A stretch of 53,943 nt of DNA from a virus (taxonomy: Duplodnaviria; Heunggongvirae; Uroviricota; Caudoviricetes), in IMG/VR virus record IMGVR_UViG_2869947659_000002. The stretch is one strand, 5' to 3'. Below the pieces are notes generated by a model that did not search any database, was not told the origin of the DNA, and saw only the letters and a list, made by a program, of their open reading frames with translations. Position 1 is the stretch's first letter, and each line of letters starts with the position of its first letter. The position numbers and the translations under genes are program-made. Of this stretch, positions 10,590-20,336 are shown one piece after another.

Positions 10590-11270
10590 TTATCCCTGTC
10601 GCCCGATAACCACGACCTTTCCGCCCCCGCCTTCATCACGGGTGCTGATGTCCTGGGATATACGGCGGGAGCCAACCAGCATTTCCCCGTAAGGCACCGG
10701 CATCGGGTTCCCCTGGGCAATCATGTTATCCAGCGAGGAAAAGTACGTGTTCTGTCTGCCGTTATCCGTTGCGCGGTAATCCGGTGTTTTTGCCTTCGGG
10801 GCCAGCATCTGGGCCACACCGCCCAGAATCATGCTGGCTCCAAGTGAAAACAGCATCGTGGTGGCAGAAAAACCACCGGCTGCCAGGGCTGAACCCCATA
10901 ACGCCATTGATGCCCCGGCAGTGAAGAAAGAGCCCACGATGGCTGCCGCCCCCAACACAATCTGCAGTCCACCCTTTCCGGCCCCGGCCAGTCGCGGCAC
11001 AATGTGGATGACCGTTCCCTCACCCAGCTGTTCGTGAAGGCGGGCGTACACCACCTCCGGTGCCGTGTCTTCACCGGCAATACGTATCTGGTACCAGCCT
11101 TCGTTCATCTGACGGCGAAAGCCCGGCATCTGCATCGACAGGGCGCGGATGGCTTCCGCTGCCATGTTCACATACAGGCTGAGGCGGCGGCCAAATCGTT
11201 GCAAATCCCCGTGAAGGCAGATGTGTGCCAGTGGCGGTGACGCCAGACAGAATGCGTTCGTCGTTGCCAT
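10590..11270 (-). CDS. I: tail assembly protein I
   Basis: 226 aa; matches lambda gpI (ICLHGDLQRFGRR..., C-terminal Gly-rich). Confidence 0.9.
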   Translation of the reverse strand: MATTNAFCLASPPLAHICLHGDLQRFGRRLSLYVNMAAEAIRALSMQMPGFRRQMNEGWYQIRIAGEDTAPEVVYARLHEQLGEGTVIHIVPRLAGAGKGGLQIVLGAAAIVGSFFTAGASMALWGSALAAGGFSATTMLFSLGASMILGGVAQMLAPKAKTPDYRATDNGRQNTYFSSLDNMIAQGNPMPVPYGEMLVGSRRISQDISTRDEGGGGKVVVIGRQG

Positions 11271-11911
11271 TTTTCGGAATACCTCTCCCGTTTACTCAGT
11301 TGTTCAGGAATATGGTGAAGCAGTTCACCGTTGCCGCAGTAAATGGCGGCATGATTAGCCACCGATGCGCCGAAGCAGCACAGCAGGATATCGCCCGGCT
11401 GTGCAGAGGACAGGGGCACCCGGTAAAAGCCGGTGACCGCCATATTGTCCAGGTACAGGTTCTGGCCGTTGCGCCACCAGTCATCCTCGCGATGAAAATC
11501 CGGCATATCAATTCCCGCCAGATGGTATGCATCCCGGAACAGCGTGTAACAGTCCGTCACCCCGTGCTCAAAGCGCCGTCCTGTCAGATGTGGCACACAG
11601 CGGAATTTATGAATTTCCCCCCGGCAGACCAGCCACCAGGGTAGTGCGCTTTTTATCTGCAGCCGCCGGTCAGCCTCGCTCAGCCAGGGCAGCTCACCGG
11701 GATGACTGTGGACCAGTGCCACAATCTCCCCCTGCATCTCTGCCCGCAGCCAGTCTTCCGGTGCGATACGAAAATACGCCTCCGGCTCTGCGGAAATATT
11801 CACACAAGGGATATACCGCTCCCCCTCCGGCGTGCTTATCACGAAGCCGCACGACTCCGCAGGCGCACACCGCCGGGCATGCGCCAGAATCGCTGATTCA
11901 GTCTGTGTCAT
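11168..11911 (-). CDS. K: tail assembly protein K
   Basis: Starts MTQTESAILAHARRCAPAESCGFV... as lambda gpK; six-frame ORF extends upstream to 12172 but the homologous start is ATG 11911; overlaps I as in lambda. Confidence 0.9.
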   Translation of the reverse strand: MTQTESAILAHARRCAPAESCGFVISTPEGERYIPCVNISAEPEAYFRIAPEDWLRAEMQGEIVALVHSHPGELPWLSEADRRLQIKSALPWWLVCRGEIHKFRCVPHLTGRRFEHGVTDCYTLFRDAYHLAGIDMPDFHREDDWWRNGQNLYLDNMAVTGFYRVPLSSAQPGDILLCCFGASVANHAAIYCGNGELLHHIPEQLSKRERYSEKWQRRTHSVWRHRHWHTSAFTGICNDLAAASACM

Positions 11912-11921
11912 AAACCGGGAT

Positions 11922-12620
11922 TTACTGCGAAAGTTTATTAATGGAAAGGAAACCGCCAAAATTGCCGACATTCCTGCGCAGTTCACACCCGCGCATGCAC
12001 TTGCTGCATCTGTCCTTACGGATATCCGTGGTGGGTTTATCGAACTCATCCGCCACAGCCCCGCCCGTGTAACCACACTCATCAGAGCGGTAGGTCCACA
12101 TACAGGTGTTCGCCAGCATGATACGACCGGGAAACTGCGCTCCGTCCGTCTCGGTCGGTGTGGCCAGCACAAACGAGGCCGTCATGGCTGTCAGCTGCGA
12201 CATCTGCTCCACCACCCAGCGGTCGCTCAGCTCCTGCTCCGGGTCCGCTTCCGGATTGCCCGCCACAAAATTCACCGCATCCAGAAAACGGGCATACACC
12301 CGGCGGCGGACCACCGTGGCCCCCACCAGACTCTGCAGGTCTTCCGCCATCCCGGTGACAAGGCCGAACAGATTGGACACCGTCAGCGACGGTCTGGCAC
12401 TGCTGCCTTTCCCGTTCATTTCAAAGCCGCTGCCATCAATCGGGTACGCCTCATACTTACGCCCCTGCCAGGTGACCGGCTCCCCTTTTTCATTCAGCTC
12501 ATTACAGAAAAAATACCGCTCACCACCCTGTACCGTCAGGTCGATTTCCCAGAGTACCACCCGCGGTGACTGCTCTGACTTAACCGACTCGTTCAGACTT
12601 TCTTCGCGAATATCCTGCAT
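11922..12620 (-). CDS. L: minor tail protein L
   Basis: 232 aa, matches lambda gpL in size and position. Confidence 0.9.
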   Translation of the reverse strand: MQDIREESLNESVKSEQSPRVVLWEIDLTVQGGERYFFCNELNEKGEPVTWQGRKYEAYPIDGSGFEMNGKGSSARPSLTVSNLFGLVTGMAEDLQSLVGATVVRRRVYARFLDAVNFVAGNPEADPEQELSDRWVVEQMSQLTAMTASFVLATPTETDGAQFPGRIMLANTCMWTYRSDECGYTGGAVADEFDKPTTDIRKDRCSKCMRGCELRRNVGNFGGFLSINKLSQ

Positions 12621-12949
12621 CAGTTCACCACCTGCTTAAACTCCGCGCTGAACTCAACGCGCAACATCCCGACCCGCGCAGACCACCCGGCACAGGTCAC
12701 CTTTATCTGCCGGTATGCATAGGGTGGCTTCCACAAAAATGCCTTCCAGCCACCGTGCTCTGCCAGAAACGACTCCAGCGCCGTGGCCTCCTCACGGGAG
12801 ACAGACAGCGTCACGCTGTACGTTTTCAGGTCAGCGTTCAGCCCGGCAGGCGCACGCTGGGAATAGCCATCACCAAAGCGCACCTCCCTGACGGAAGGAG
12901 CCGATGTCACATCCATCCCGGGTTTCACTTTCCAGCGGAAGGTTTTCAT
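12620..12949 (-). CDS. M: minor tail protein M
   Basis: 109 aa, matches lambda gpM. Confidence 0.9.
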   Translation of the reverse strand: MKTFRWKVKPGMDVTSAPSVREVRFGDGYSQRAPAGLNADLKTYSVTLSVSREEATALESFLAEHGGWKAFLWKPPYAYRQIKVTCAGWSARVGMLRVEFSAEFKQVVN

Positions 12950-15519
12950 CGTCCACCTCCGGAGAACAGACCACCATCGCGCATCTGTGCCTGGATTTCA
13001 TCACGGGCACCCTTGCGGGCCATGTCATACACCGCCTTCATCATCTGTGGACCTGGCAGACCATTCGTACCGTCGTTCTGAATCACCACGTGATTGTTCT
13101 GATTAAAATTAATGCCTTCGGCCCGCCGCATTTGCGCCGGACTTCCGGTGCCACCGACATAACCGCCGGTGGCATAGCCGCGCATCAACCGGTAGAGATT
13201 TCCCACGCCAATCCGGCTGGTTGCCTCCTTCGTGAAGACAAATTCACCACGGTGAACAATCCCCGCTGGCTCATATTTGCCGCCGGTTCCCGTAAATCCT
13301 CCGGTTGCAAAATGGAATTTCGCCGCAGCGGCCTGAATGGCTGTACCGCCTGACGCGGATGCGCCGCCACCAACAGCCCCGCCAATAGCGCTGCCGATAC
13401 TCCCGACAATCCCCACCATTGCCTGCTTAAGCAGAATTTCTGTCATCATGGACAGCACGGAACGGGTGAAGCTGCGCCAGTTCTGTTCACTGCCGGTCAG
13501 CATCGCCGCCATATTCTGTGCAATACCATCAAAGGTCTGCGTGGCCGTGTTTTTAACCTGCGAAAAACTGTCCGTCGCACTTTCCGCCCACTCGCCCCAG
13601 CCGGACTTCATCCCGGCCATCCAGCTTCCACGAAGCTGCTCCTCCGCAGACCAGGTGTTCTTCAGTGCCGATGTGGCCTTCGCCAGCGCAGCCGGATTAT
13701 CACCGTACACCTCACGAAGGCGCTGCTCTTCCGACTCCCGCTGCGCCTGACGGTCGGTGAGGCCGCGGGCTTTTGCTCTGATTGCCGCCTGCTTCGCGCT
13801 TTGCTGCTGTTCAAACCGCGCCGCCTGCTGTGCCAGCTCATTCAGCCGCTTCTGGTGTTCAATCTTGTCTCCCAGCTCAGCCAGCTGGCGTTTGTACTCC
13901 AGCGTCTCTTTCTCATGAGCCAGCAGGGATTTTTCCTGCTCAGATAACTGCCGTTTCGTGGCGGCCTCTTTCAGGACCACATACTGATTTTCCGCTTTCC
14001 ATAAATCACGGCGCTGCTGGCTGATTTTTTCATTCGCACCGCTGTGCTTCTCCAGCGTCCTGAGCTCAGTTTCAAGCGCCAGCAGGGCTGCATGCGCCTG
14101 GTCTTCCTGGCGCTCACCGGCAGACACCTTCACACCGGACGGCTTTTTCTGCGTCGACTCATAATCCTTTTTTGCCGACGCCATCAGCGTGTTGTAATCC
14201 GCCTGCAGGATTTTCCCGTCTTTCAGGGCCTTATTCAGCTCTTCCTGCCGGGCGGTATATTTCTCCAGTGGCGTCAGCAGGCGCTCATACGCCTTCTGCG
14301 CCTCTCCGGTATACTTCAGCTGTGACGACTCACGCTCAGCCCTGTCCCTTGCCGCCAGTTCACCGGCTTTTTCCATATCCGACTGCAGCGTTACCGCTGC
14401 CAGACCCAGACGGGCATTTTCCCGGTCATCCCATGCGCCCTGAAGGTTGGCACGAAAAGAGGCGGTTTTTCCCCGGCGCTGGCTCCGGCTCTGGTACCAC
14501 TGCCATTTTTTATCCGCCTCATCAAATGCCTTCTGTGCACTGGCGAGCATATCCGCTGAGGACTCAGGACGACCGATATCCAGAATGGCATCCCACATCG
14601 ATTTGAATGCCTTCCCTGTTTTATCCGCCCAGGTCTCCAGTGTTCCCATGTTTTCTTTCAGGCGACGGGTCTGCTCATCAAAGCCTTTCGTGGCGATATC
14701 GTTCGCCGCCTGCAATGCCCCGGCCTCGTCTCCGGAACGCTGCAGCTGTGCAACATACGCAATCTGCTCTGCCGTCACGTTACGGAACTGGCGCGCCATC
14801 GCCATCAGTCCCGACGTCGGGTCAGTGGTCAGCTTCCCGAAGGCTTCAGCGACTTTATCCACCTCCACACCGGATGCAGACGCAAAACGCGCGACACTCT
14901 GGTTGATGGCATCAAACTGTTCACCACCACGCACACCGGCATTCACCAGGGCTGCCAGTGACTCTCTCGCCTGGTTAAACGTCAGCCCTGCTGCCTGCCC
15001 GGCTCTTGAGAGAGTCAGCATACGATCGGCAGTCAGTCCGGACTGATTACCGGAAAGAACCAGGGTTTTATTAAACGCTGAAAGCGTGGAATCTCCCTGG
15101 TACCAGGCGTACACCAGCGCACCTGTCGCCACCGCCAGCGAGGTGACCCCGACCATCGGCAGGGTGATCGCACCGGCGAGCCCCCTGAACATGGGGATCA
15201 TCCCGCCGAAGGAGTCCTTCACCTGACCGCCCTGTTGCAGCAGGATCAGCCAGGGATTCTGACCACCGGCAAGCTGCGTGGCGATATCCGTAAACTGTGC
15301 GGGCAGGGTTCGCATGGCCGCTTTATACTGCCCGACGGAAATCCCGGCTTTTTGTGCAGCCAGCGCCTGGCGGCTCAGGCCCTGTTCAACAGCACTGGCG
15401 GTTTTTCTGGCGTCGGTATCCAGACCTGAAAAATGACGCCTTACCCGGCTCATCTGCTCATCGAAACGGACAGCATCCAGACTCAGGTCAATAACAAGAT
15501 CACCAACCGGCTGGGACAT
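12946..15519 (-). CDS. H: tail tape measure protein H
   Basis: 857 aa, coiled-coil rich, lambda gpH-like. Confidence 0.95.
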   Translation of the reverse strand: MSQPVGDLVIDLSLDAVRFDEQMSRVRRHFSGLDTDARKTASAVEQGLSRQALAAQKAGISVGQYKAAMRTLPAQFTDIATQLAGGQNPWLILLQQGGQVKDSFGGMIPMFRGLAGAITLPMVGVTSLAVATGALVYAWYQGDSTLSAFNKTLVLSGNQSGLTADRMLTLSRAGQAAGLTFNQARESLAALVNAGVRGGEQFDAINQSVARFASASGVEVDKVAEAFGKLTTDPTSGLMAMARQFRNVTAEQIAYVAQLQRSGDEAGALQAANDIATKGFDEQTRRLKENMGTLETWADKTGKAFKSMWDAILDIGRPESSADMLASAQKAFDEADKKWQWYQSRSQRRGKTASFRANLQGAWDDRENARLGLAAVTLQSDMEKAGELAARDRAERESSQLKYTGEAQKAYERLLTPLEKYTARQEELNKALKDGKILQADYNTLMASAKKDYESTQKKPSGVKVSAGERQEDQAHAALLALETELRTLEKHSGANEKISQQRRDLWKAENQYVVLKEAATKRQLSEQEKSLLAHEKETLEYKRQLAELGDKIEHQKRLNELAQQAARFEQQQSAKQAAIRAKARGLTDRQAQRESEEQRLREVYGDNPAALAKATSALKNTWSAEEQLRGSWMAGMKSGWGEWAESATDSFSQVKNTATQTFDGIAQNMAAMLTGSEQNWRSFTRSVLSMMTEILLKQAMVGIVGSIGSAIGGAVGGGASASGGTAIQAAAAKFHFATGGFTGTGGKYEPAGIVHRGEFVFTKEATSRIGVGNLYRLMRGYATGGYVGGTGSPAQMRRAEGINFNQNNHVVIQNDGTNGLPGPQMMKAVYDMARKGARDEIQAQMRDGGLFSGGGR

Positions 15520-15913
15520 ATCTCACACCTCCCGGAATCCCCGCTGAAGCCATCATTAATGCGGCATCATCCACCATGACATCCGCCACATCCGCAGACG
15601 ATAAAATATCGCGCCCTCCGTCCCCACCGAACCGGACGCCTCCGGCAAGTCCTGCCGCTTTCTGCATCAGCATTTTGTCCTCATCCGGCCTCTCCACCTG
15701 CTCTTCCTCATGCCGGGGGACAAGCAGACTGAAATCAGAGGGATGCATATCCGGATCGCAAAAAAACAGGCTGAGTACAGCGTACGTCAGCCCGGAAAAA
15801 TGCATATCCAGCTGGGTATCCTGAAAATAATGCGTGCGGTAAAAACGGTGCCAGTCGGCATATTCGGTGGATGTCATCCCGGCAAGCATGGCGCGCCAGT
15901 CGGGTCTCCCCAT
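15500..15913 (-). CDS. T: tail assembly chaperone T segment (expressed as G-T fusion by -1 frameshift)
   Basis: ORF in -1 frame relative to G; reading from the slippery site gives ...VFDGELNFALRLAREMGRPDWRAM... Confidence 0.85.
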   Translation of the reverse strand: MGRPDWRAMLAGMTSTEYADWHRFYRTHYFQDTQLDMHFSGLTYAVLSLFFCDPDMHPSDFSLLVPRHEEEQVERPDEDKMLMQKAAGLAGGVRFGGDGGRDILSSADVADVMVDDAALMMASAGIPGGVRYVPAGW

Positions 15914-15939
15914 CTCACGCGCCAGTCTGAGGGCAAAGT

Positions 15940-16371
15940 TCAGCTCGCCGTCGAAGACTTTCCCGCAGAAAAATCATCATCAGTCAGCGTGTTATTTTTC
16001 GCCACTTCAGTAATATCAGTATCCGGACGAACAGCTTCGATCATCCCGGACAGGCACAACACCACGTCTTCCGCCCGGGCAATGGCATCGGCAGGCCAGG
16101 TGGTGAGCACTTCCTGCTCTATCTTCATCACGGCCTCATTCATTGACGGTGACTGCGTTTTCTGTGGATGGTTATGCCACAGGGACATCGCCACCAGAAA
16201 CGCGCCGGTTCTGACGAGATCTTCCACGCTTACCTGCAGGTTGCCGCAGGATTCTGCCTGTTCTGCACGCCGTTTCAGGAGGGCAAGATGCTCGATACGC
16301 TGCAGCGCAGACAATTCGGAAAGCGTGACAGACACACCGTTATATTCAAATTGTTCTGTTTTCAGAAACAT
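15940..16371 (-). CDS. G: tail assembly chaperone G
   Basis: 143 aa MFLKTEQFEYNGVSVTLSELSALQRIEHLALLKRRAEQAES..., lambda gpG-like. Confidence 0.9.
   Translation of the reverse strand: MFLKTEQFEYNGVSVTLSELSALQRIEHLALLKRRAEQAESCGNLQVSVEDLVRTGAFLVAMSLWHNHPQKTQSPSMNEAVMKIEQEVLTTWPADAIARAEDVVLCLSGMIEAVRPDTDITEVAKNNTLTDDDFSAGKSSTAS
15958..15964 (-). other. programmed -1 ribosomal frameshift site (G GGA AAG) for G-T
   Basis: Heptamer GGGAAAG in the G frame 6 codons before the G stop; T ORF continues in the -1 frame. Confidence 0.75.
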
Positions 16372-16384
16372 GTATTACCTCCGT

Positions 16385-17137
16385 TTACCCTGCAGCGCCC
16401 GCTTCAGTAACGGTGACTTCAGCCACTGCGGCGAACTGACCATTTCCGCTCACCACAGGGATCTGCACCTTACCTGTCGCCACGCCGTTTACCGTAATTG
16501 TCATATCTTTCACACTAATGGTGGCTTTCGACGGATCGGCGGAAACCGCTCTGAACGTCTTGTCGGTTGCACTTTCCGGCTCAAAAGAAACCGTCAGGGT
16601 GGTTGTTTTCCCTTTTGCCACCGTACCGGATGTCGGCGTCACCTTAATCGCACTGACCGGCGTAATTTTGCTGCGTTCTTCCGCTACAGAAGGTTTACCC
16701 ACGTTAGTGACTTTCACCGTGCGGGTGATCACTTCTTTCGCCGTCACGGCCTTACCGATACTGCTGACCCAGCCACGAAACACATCCACCGTGCCATTCG
16801 GAAAACGGATTTTATAGGCCCGGACATCGCCGCTTTCAAACCAGCCTATAAGCCCTTTCTGGCCTTCCTCTCCCGGTTTCCAGGCCAGCGTAAAACTGGT
16901 ATCACCTGCAGATTTCTGCCCCTGCCCGGTCGCGGTCCAGTCCGCGTCTTCATCATCCAGGTAGTTATCATCGTAGGATTCTGCCGTCATCTCGCCCGGC
17001 GTCAGATCCTTCACCTTAGCCAGTCGCTGCCAGTCATCGTCTGACAACGGGTTTGCATAAGCATCACCCTTGCCGTTGTAAACCCACAGAGTGGTACCGG
17101 CACCTTTTACCGGCTCAAGGGGATTTGGTGTTGCCAT
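16385..17137 (-). CDS. V: major tail protein V
   Basis: 250 aa, lambda gpV-like with C-terminal Ig-like region. Confidence 0.95.
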   Translation of the reverse strand: MATPNPLEPVKGAGTTLWVYNGKGDAYANPLSDDDWQRLAKVKDLTPGEMTAESYDDNYLDDEDADWTATGQGQKSAGDTSFTLAWKPGEEGQKGLIGWFESGDVRAYKIRFPNGTVDVFRGWVSSIGKAVTAKEVITRTVKVTNVGKPSVAEERSKITPVSAIKVTPTSGTVAKGKTTTLTVSFEPESATDKTFRAVSADPSKATISVKDMTITVNGVATGKVQIPVVSGNGQFAAVAEVTVTEAGAAG

Positions 17138-17144
17138 ATCGTCC

Positions 17145-17540
17145 TCACATCTCGTATGTAATGGAATAAGTCAGATCTGCAGAACTCCATAACGCCATAT
17201 CGTCATCACGACGATACTCATAGCCCTGCGTAACCATCGTGGTAATCAGTCCTGCCAGTGCCGGGATCGCGGTCATCGCCGGGTAAATCCGGCTTTCCAT
17301 CCACTGATCAAGCTCTGAATCCGGTACCTGTGCCGGTAAAAACACCTCAATATGCAGCGTGGCCCGCCAGGTATCTGCATCCAGCTCTTCACCGGTATAC
17401 TCTGCATCCGTCAGATAAACCGCGATCGCAGGAAAATCCTCTTCGTCAAAAACAACGGGGCGACCATCAAACAGCGTCGCCCCGTGTTCATGCTGCTCGA
17501 GTGCATCCAGCACTGCGGCACGAATGTCAGTGTGTTTCAT
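17145..17540 (-). CDS. U: tail terminator protein U
   Basis: 131 aa [37 protein letters not shown]..., lambda gpU-like. Confidence 0.9.
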   Translation of the reverse strand: MKHTDIRAAVLDALEQHEHGATLFDGRPVVFDEEDFPAIAVYLTDAEYTGEELDADTWRATLHIEVFLPAQVPDSELDQWMESRIYPAMTAIPALAGLITTMVTQGYEYRRDDDMALWSSADLTYSITYEM

Positions 17541-18070
17541 CGTTTTATTGCAATCCTCAGTTGTTGTTTCAGCGCGTATGCCAGTTCTTTAGGCAGGCGT
17601 TCACGCCGGATACGGTCAACATTCTCATCAAATGCCTGTTTCAGTGGGGCCGCCATCGGGATTTTCACCACATCAATGGGGTAACGGTTTTTCCCGGCCA
17701 CACGCTGCATGACATGCCAGCGACCATTTTTTAATCGCTGAATAAATGCCCGCTGATACCGATGCTGACCGGCTTTAAGTATGCTGTTCGGGCGACGCCC
17801 CAGCATCCTGATCCCCAGCTTAATCACAGGGAGATCACCGCGGTTAACGATAATTTTGGCATTCGGATTTCTGACCGTCGCCCGTTTCAGTCTGGACCGT
17901 TCCTTAACCAGTTTCCGGCGAACCTTTGTCTCCCGGGCAACCTGTGATGAAGACTGATTAATCGCCGTTGTGGCCACGCGGTTAATGGCCATTGCTGAAG
18001 CCGCCGGAATGGCGTTTTTACGAACCCGGCTCAGATTGTCAATCGCCTGATCAAGCCCTTTTATCGCCAT
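17537..18070 (-). CDS. Z: tail completion protein Z
   Basis: 177 aa MAIKGLDQAIDNLSRV...IQRLKNGRWHVMQRVAGKNRYPIDVVKIPMA, lambda gpZ-like. Confidence 0.9.
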   Translation of the reverse strand: MAIKGLDQAIDNLSRVRKNAIPAASAMAINRVATTAINQSSSQVARETKVRRKLVKERSRLKRATVRNPNAKIIVNRGDLPVIKLGIRMLGRRPNSILKAGQHRYQRAFIQRLKNGRWHVMQRVAGKNRYPIDVVKIPMAAPLKQAFDENVDRIRRERLPKELAYALKQQLRIAIKR

Positions 18071-18085
18071 AATTTCACCCTGCGT

Positions 18086-18439
18086 TTATCGTCGCCGGTT
18101 AACTGCGGGTGGTTGACCACGGTTGAGCCAGAGATAACAGCTGCCCCCGTCATCCGGAGAAACACGATCCACCCAGAATATCTCACCATTAATGGTCAGC
18201 GTGTCACCACGCCGCACGGCACGAACCGTATCCGTCCGCACAAATAATGACGGGCTGCTTCCTTCAATACGGACCCCGCCACCGGCAAACCCCAGCGACT
18301 CCGGATCGTCAAAAACCCCCTGAACTTCGCTGCCACACTGTGCCCCCGAGGTGAACTGCGCACAGAGCCCCATCACTTCAACGATCGTACTTTCTACCCC
18401 GGCGAGGGCAGCATCAAAGGCATTCTGAAAATCACGCAT
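18086..18439 (-). CDS. FII: head-tail joining protein FII
   Basis: 117 aa at the lambda FII position. Confidence 0.85.
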   Translation of the reverse strand: MRDFQNAFDAALAGVESTIVEVMGLCAQFTSGAQCGSEVQGVFDDPESLGFAGGGVRIEGSSPSLFVRTDTVRAVRRGDTLTINGEIFWVDRVSPDDGGSCYLWLNRGQPPAVNRRR

Positions 18440-18815
18440 ATTCAGCCGTTCCGTGCTGTATCATGGCCGTTGCCAGTGATGATGGCACCAGAACACGCAT
18501 ACCCCGTAACGCCAGCTCAACGGGACGACCTGTCTCCGGGCAATACCCCATTACTTGCAGGCACTTCCGTACCCGGACGGCTTTAACATCATCCGGAGCA
18601 TCCGTGTTGTTCAACTGCTCACCATCGTCTGTGTGATTTTGATCAGCCCCGCTCTCATCAGAGTGCATAATGCCCTCCGGGGAAACAGCAAGCTCCTCTT
18701 CCCACTCAGACACACGTTGAGCAATATCCGCAGCACTCCCCGACATATCCGCCTCGCGCCCCAGCAGGCCAGCCAGTTGACGAAGACGATTCAGATTTTC
18801 TTCTTTTGTTGCCAT
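18432..18815 (-). CDS. FI: DNA packaging protein FI-like
   Basis: ATG 18815 preceded by AGGAGG; six-frame ORF extends to 18863; acidic protein at the lambda FI position. Confidence 0.7.
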   Translation of the reverse strand: MATKEENLNRLRQLAGLLGREADMSGSAADIAQRVSEWEEELAVSPEGIMHSDESGADQNHTDDGEQLNNTDAPDDVKAVRVRKCLQVMGYCPETGRPVELALRGMRVLVPSSLATAMIQHGTAEYA

Positions 18816-18866
18816 CTCAGCCTCCTGTGAAAAAAGACACGGGGGCATTTCGCCCCCGCTCACGGA

Positions 18867-19895
18867 TTATTTCACCTGTACCACCACAAACTCATCCGGA
18901 TCCGGCAGCACCATCAGCGGAGCGGACTGCGTCATGGTGAATTCACAGGACGGATCGCCCACGGTCAGCCAGTGTTTCGGGTAACGGGAAGAAGCCACCA
19001 CTCCTTCAGACAACGCCTGTGCATCCTTAATGGCACCATAGCAACGAATCCCCTCTGCCGCCGTATTCCCCAGCACCAGCATGCCCTCCGGCAGATAACG
19101 TTTTTCGGTACCGTCCTCTGCCACATAAGACGTTTTCGCCACCACAATGGCCAGATCGCCGTAATACCCCTTGAAGGACACCACTGCGCCCAGCTCTTTC
19201 ACTGCCGTTTCGAGTTGTGAATTTGAGCCGCGACGGGTATCCAGTTTTTCGCGGAACAGCTTAAAGCCATTCAGCAGACGCCAGACCGTACCGTCCATAA
19301 TGGCGATATTCACAAGGCCGCTGGCCTGATCGCAGTAGAGGTCAATATCATGCGTCGGATCAAACGTATCACGGTCCTGCTCAGACCATTTTTTACCGTC
19401 AGCCTGCTCAATGTTATTTCCTTCAGAGCGCCCGAAATCCACCTCGACAGTATCAAACTGATCCCCTTCCATGGTGTATTTGCCATACAGCACGGCATTC
19501 ACCGCCTGCATTTCTTCCACCTGGACAATGGCGTGCTCTTCCTGTTTGAGGTTATCGGTAATGATACGCAGACGACGGTAGGCCGGGTCGTTCAGCTGAG
19601 CCGGATCTTCACCAGGAAGGCGCTCAACCGCCTGCTGGTAATTAAATTCGTGTTTCGGCTTGACGTAGCCCGGACGCAACACGCGGGTTTCACCACCACG
19701 ATGGCGCAGCACTTTTCCTTCAACGATCGGGGAGACATAGGCCGCCACCGGCGTTTTTCCGGTAATTTTGTCCAGCATCACCTCTTCGGTGTGGAAATTC
19801 ACCGTACGGCGGAAAAACAGCTCCAGAAATAGCGCACGGAATTTAACTTTTTGTTCGGTATAACCGAGTAACTGGCGGGTCGTAAACAATCCCAT
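18867..19895 (-). CDS. E: major capsid protein E
   Basis: 342 aa, lambda gpE-like (...SPIVEGKVLRHRGGETRVLRPGYVKPKHE...KLDTRRGSNSQLETAVKELG...). Confidence 0.95.
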   Translation of the reverse strand: MGLFTTRQLLGYTEQKVKFRALFLELFFRRTVNFHTEEVMLDKITGKTPVAAYVSPIVEGKVLRHRGGETRVLRPGYVKPKHEFNYQQAVERLPGEDPAQLNDPAYRRLRIITDNLKQEEHAIVQVEEMQAVNAVLYGKYTMEGDQFDTVEVDFGRSEGNNIEQADGKKWSEQDRDTFDPTHDIDLYCDQASGLVNIAIMDGTVWRLLNGFKLFREKLDTRRGSNSQLETAVKELGAVVSFKGYYGDLAIVVAKTSYVAEDGTEKRYLPEGMLVLGNTAAEGIRCYGAIKDAQALSEGVVASSRYPKHWLTVGDPSCEFTMTQSAPLMVLPDPDEFVVVQVK

Positions 19896-19952
19896 AAATC
19901 AGTTCCTTTCATTCAGAAATCAGTCAGGCCACCATGGTGGCCTGATAACGTG

Positions 19953-20300
19953 TTACGGCAGAGCCGCGTGACTCAGGGCTGTGCCGGCAAAGGCATTTGC
20001 CTTTTTGTGTTCATCCACACTGTCAGGCCAGCGGATTGCCTCCGTCGCAAAGGTCCCCGACTTGTAATAGGTCAGCACCGTCTCTGTGCCTTCAAGCGGC
20101 AGTACCAGTATGCCAACCGCACTACCGGCTTTCTGTCCATCCCAGACCACCAGTTTCCCGGTGGCTTCATCCAGCATCAGGGGCGTCAGAGCCGGTGTTG
20201 CAGAAGAAATCCCGCTGCTGCCTGTGGCGGTATGAGCCGGATCATTACCAGCAAAAATACGTACTTCCGCACGCTGTTCAGTGATGGTTTTCGTCACCAT
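19953..20300 (-). CDS. D: head decoration protein D
   Basis: 115 aa with DPAHTATG...TPLMLDEATGKLVVWDG..., lambda gpD-like. Confidence 0.9.
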   Translation of the reverse strand: MVTKTITEQRAEVRIFAGNDPAHTATGSSGISSATPALTPLMLDEATGKLVVWDGQKAGSAVGILVLPLEGTETVLTYYKSGTFATEAIRWPDSVDEHKKANAFAGTALSHAALP

Positions 20301-20336
20301 TTTGTTAAAACCTCATATTGATGGTCAGCACTGACT

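Noticed and set aside
13337-15494. Many plus-strand ORFs antisense to the tape measure gene H
   Set aside because: Shadow ORFs within the H coding sequence; Pro/Ala/Ser-rich low-complexity products
15710-17044. 444-aa plus-strand ORF
   Set aside because: Antisense to the G, T and V genes; Cys/Arg-rich with no domain; artefact of a long stop-free stretch
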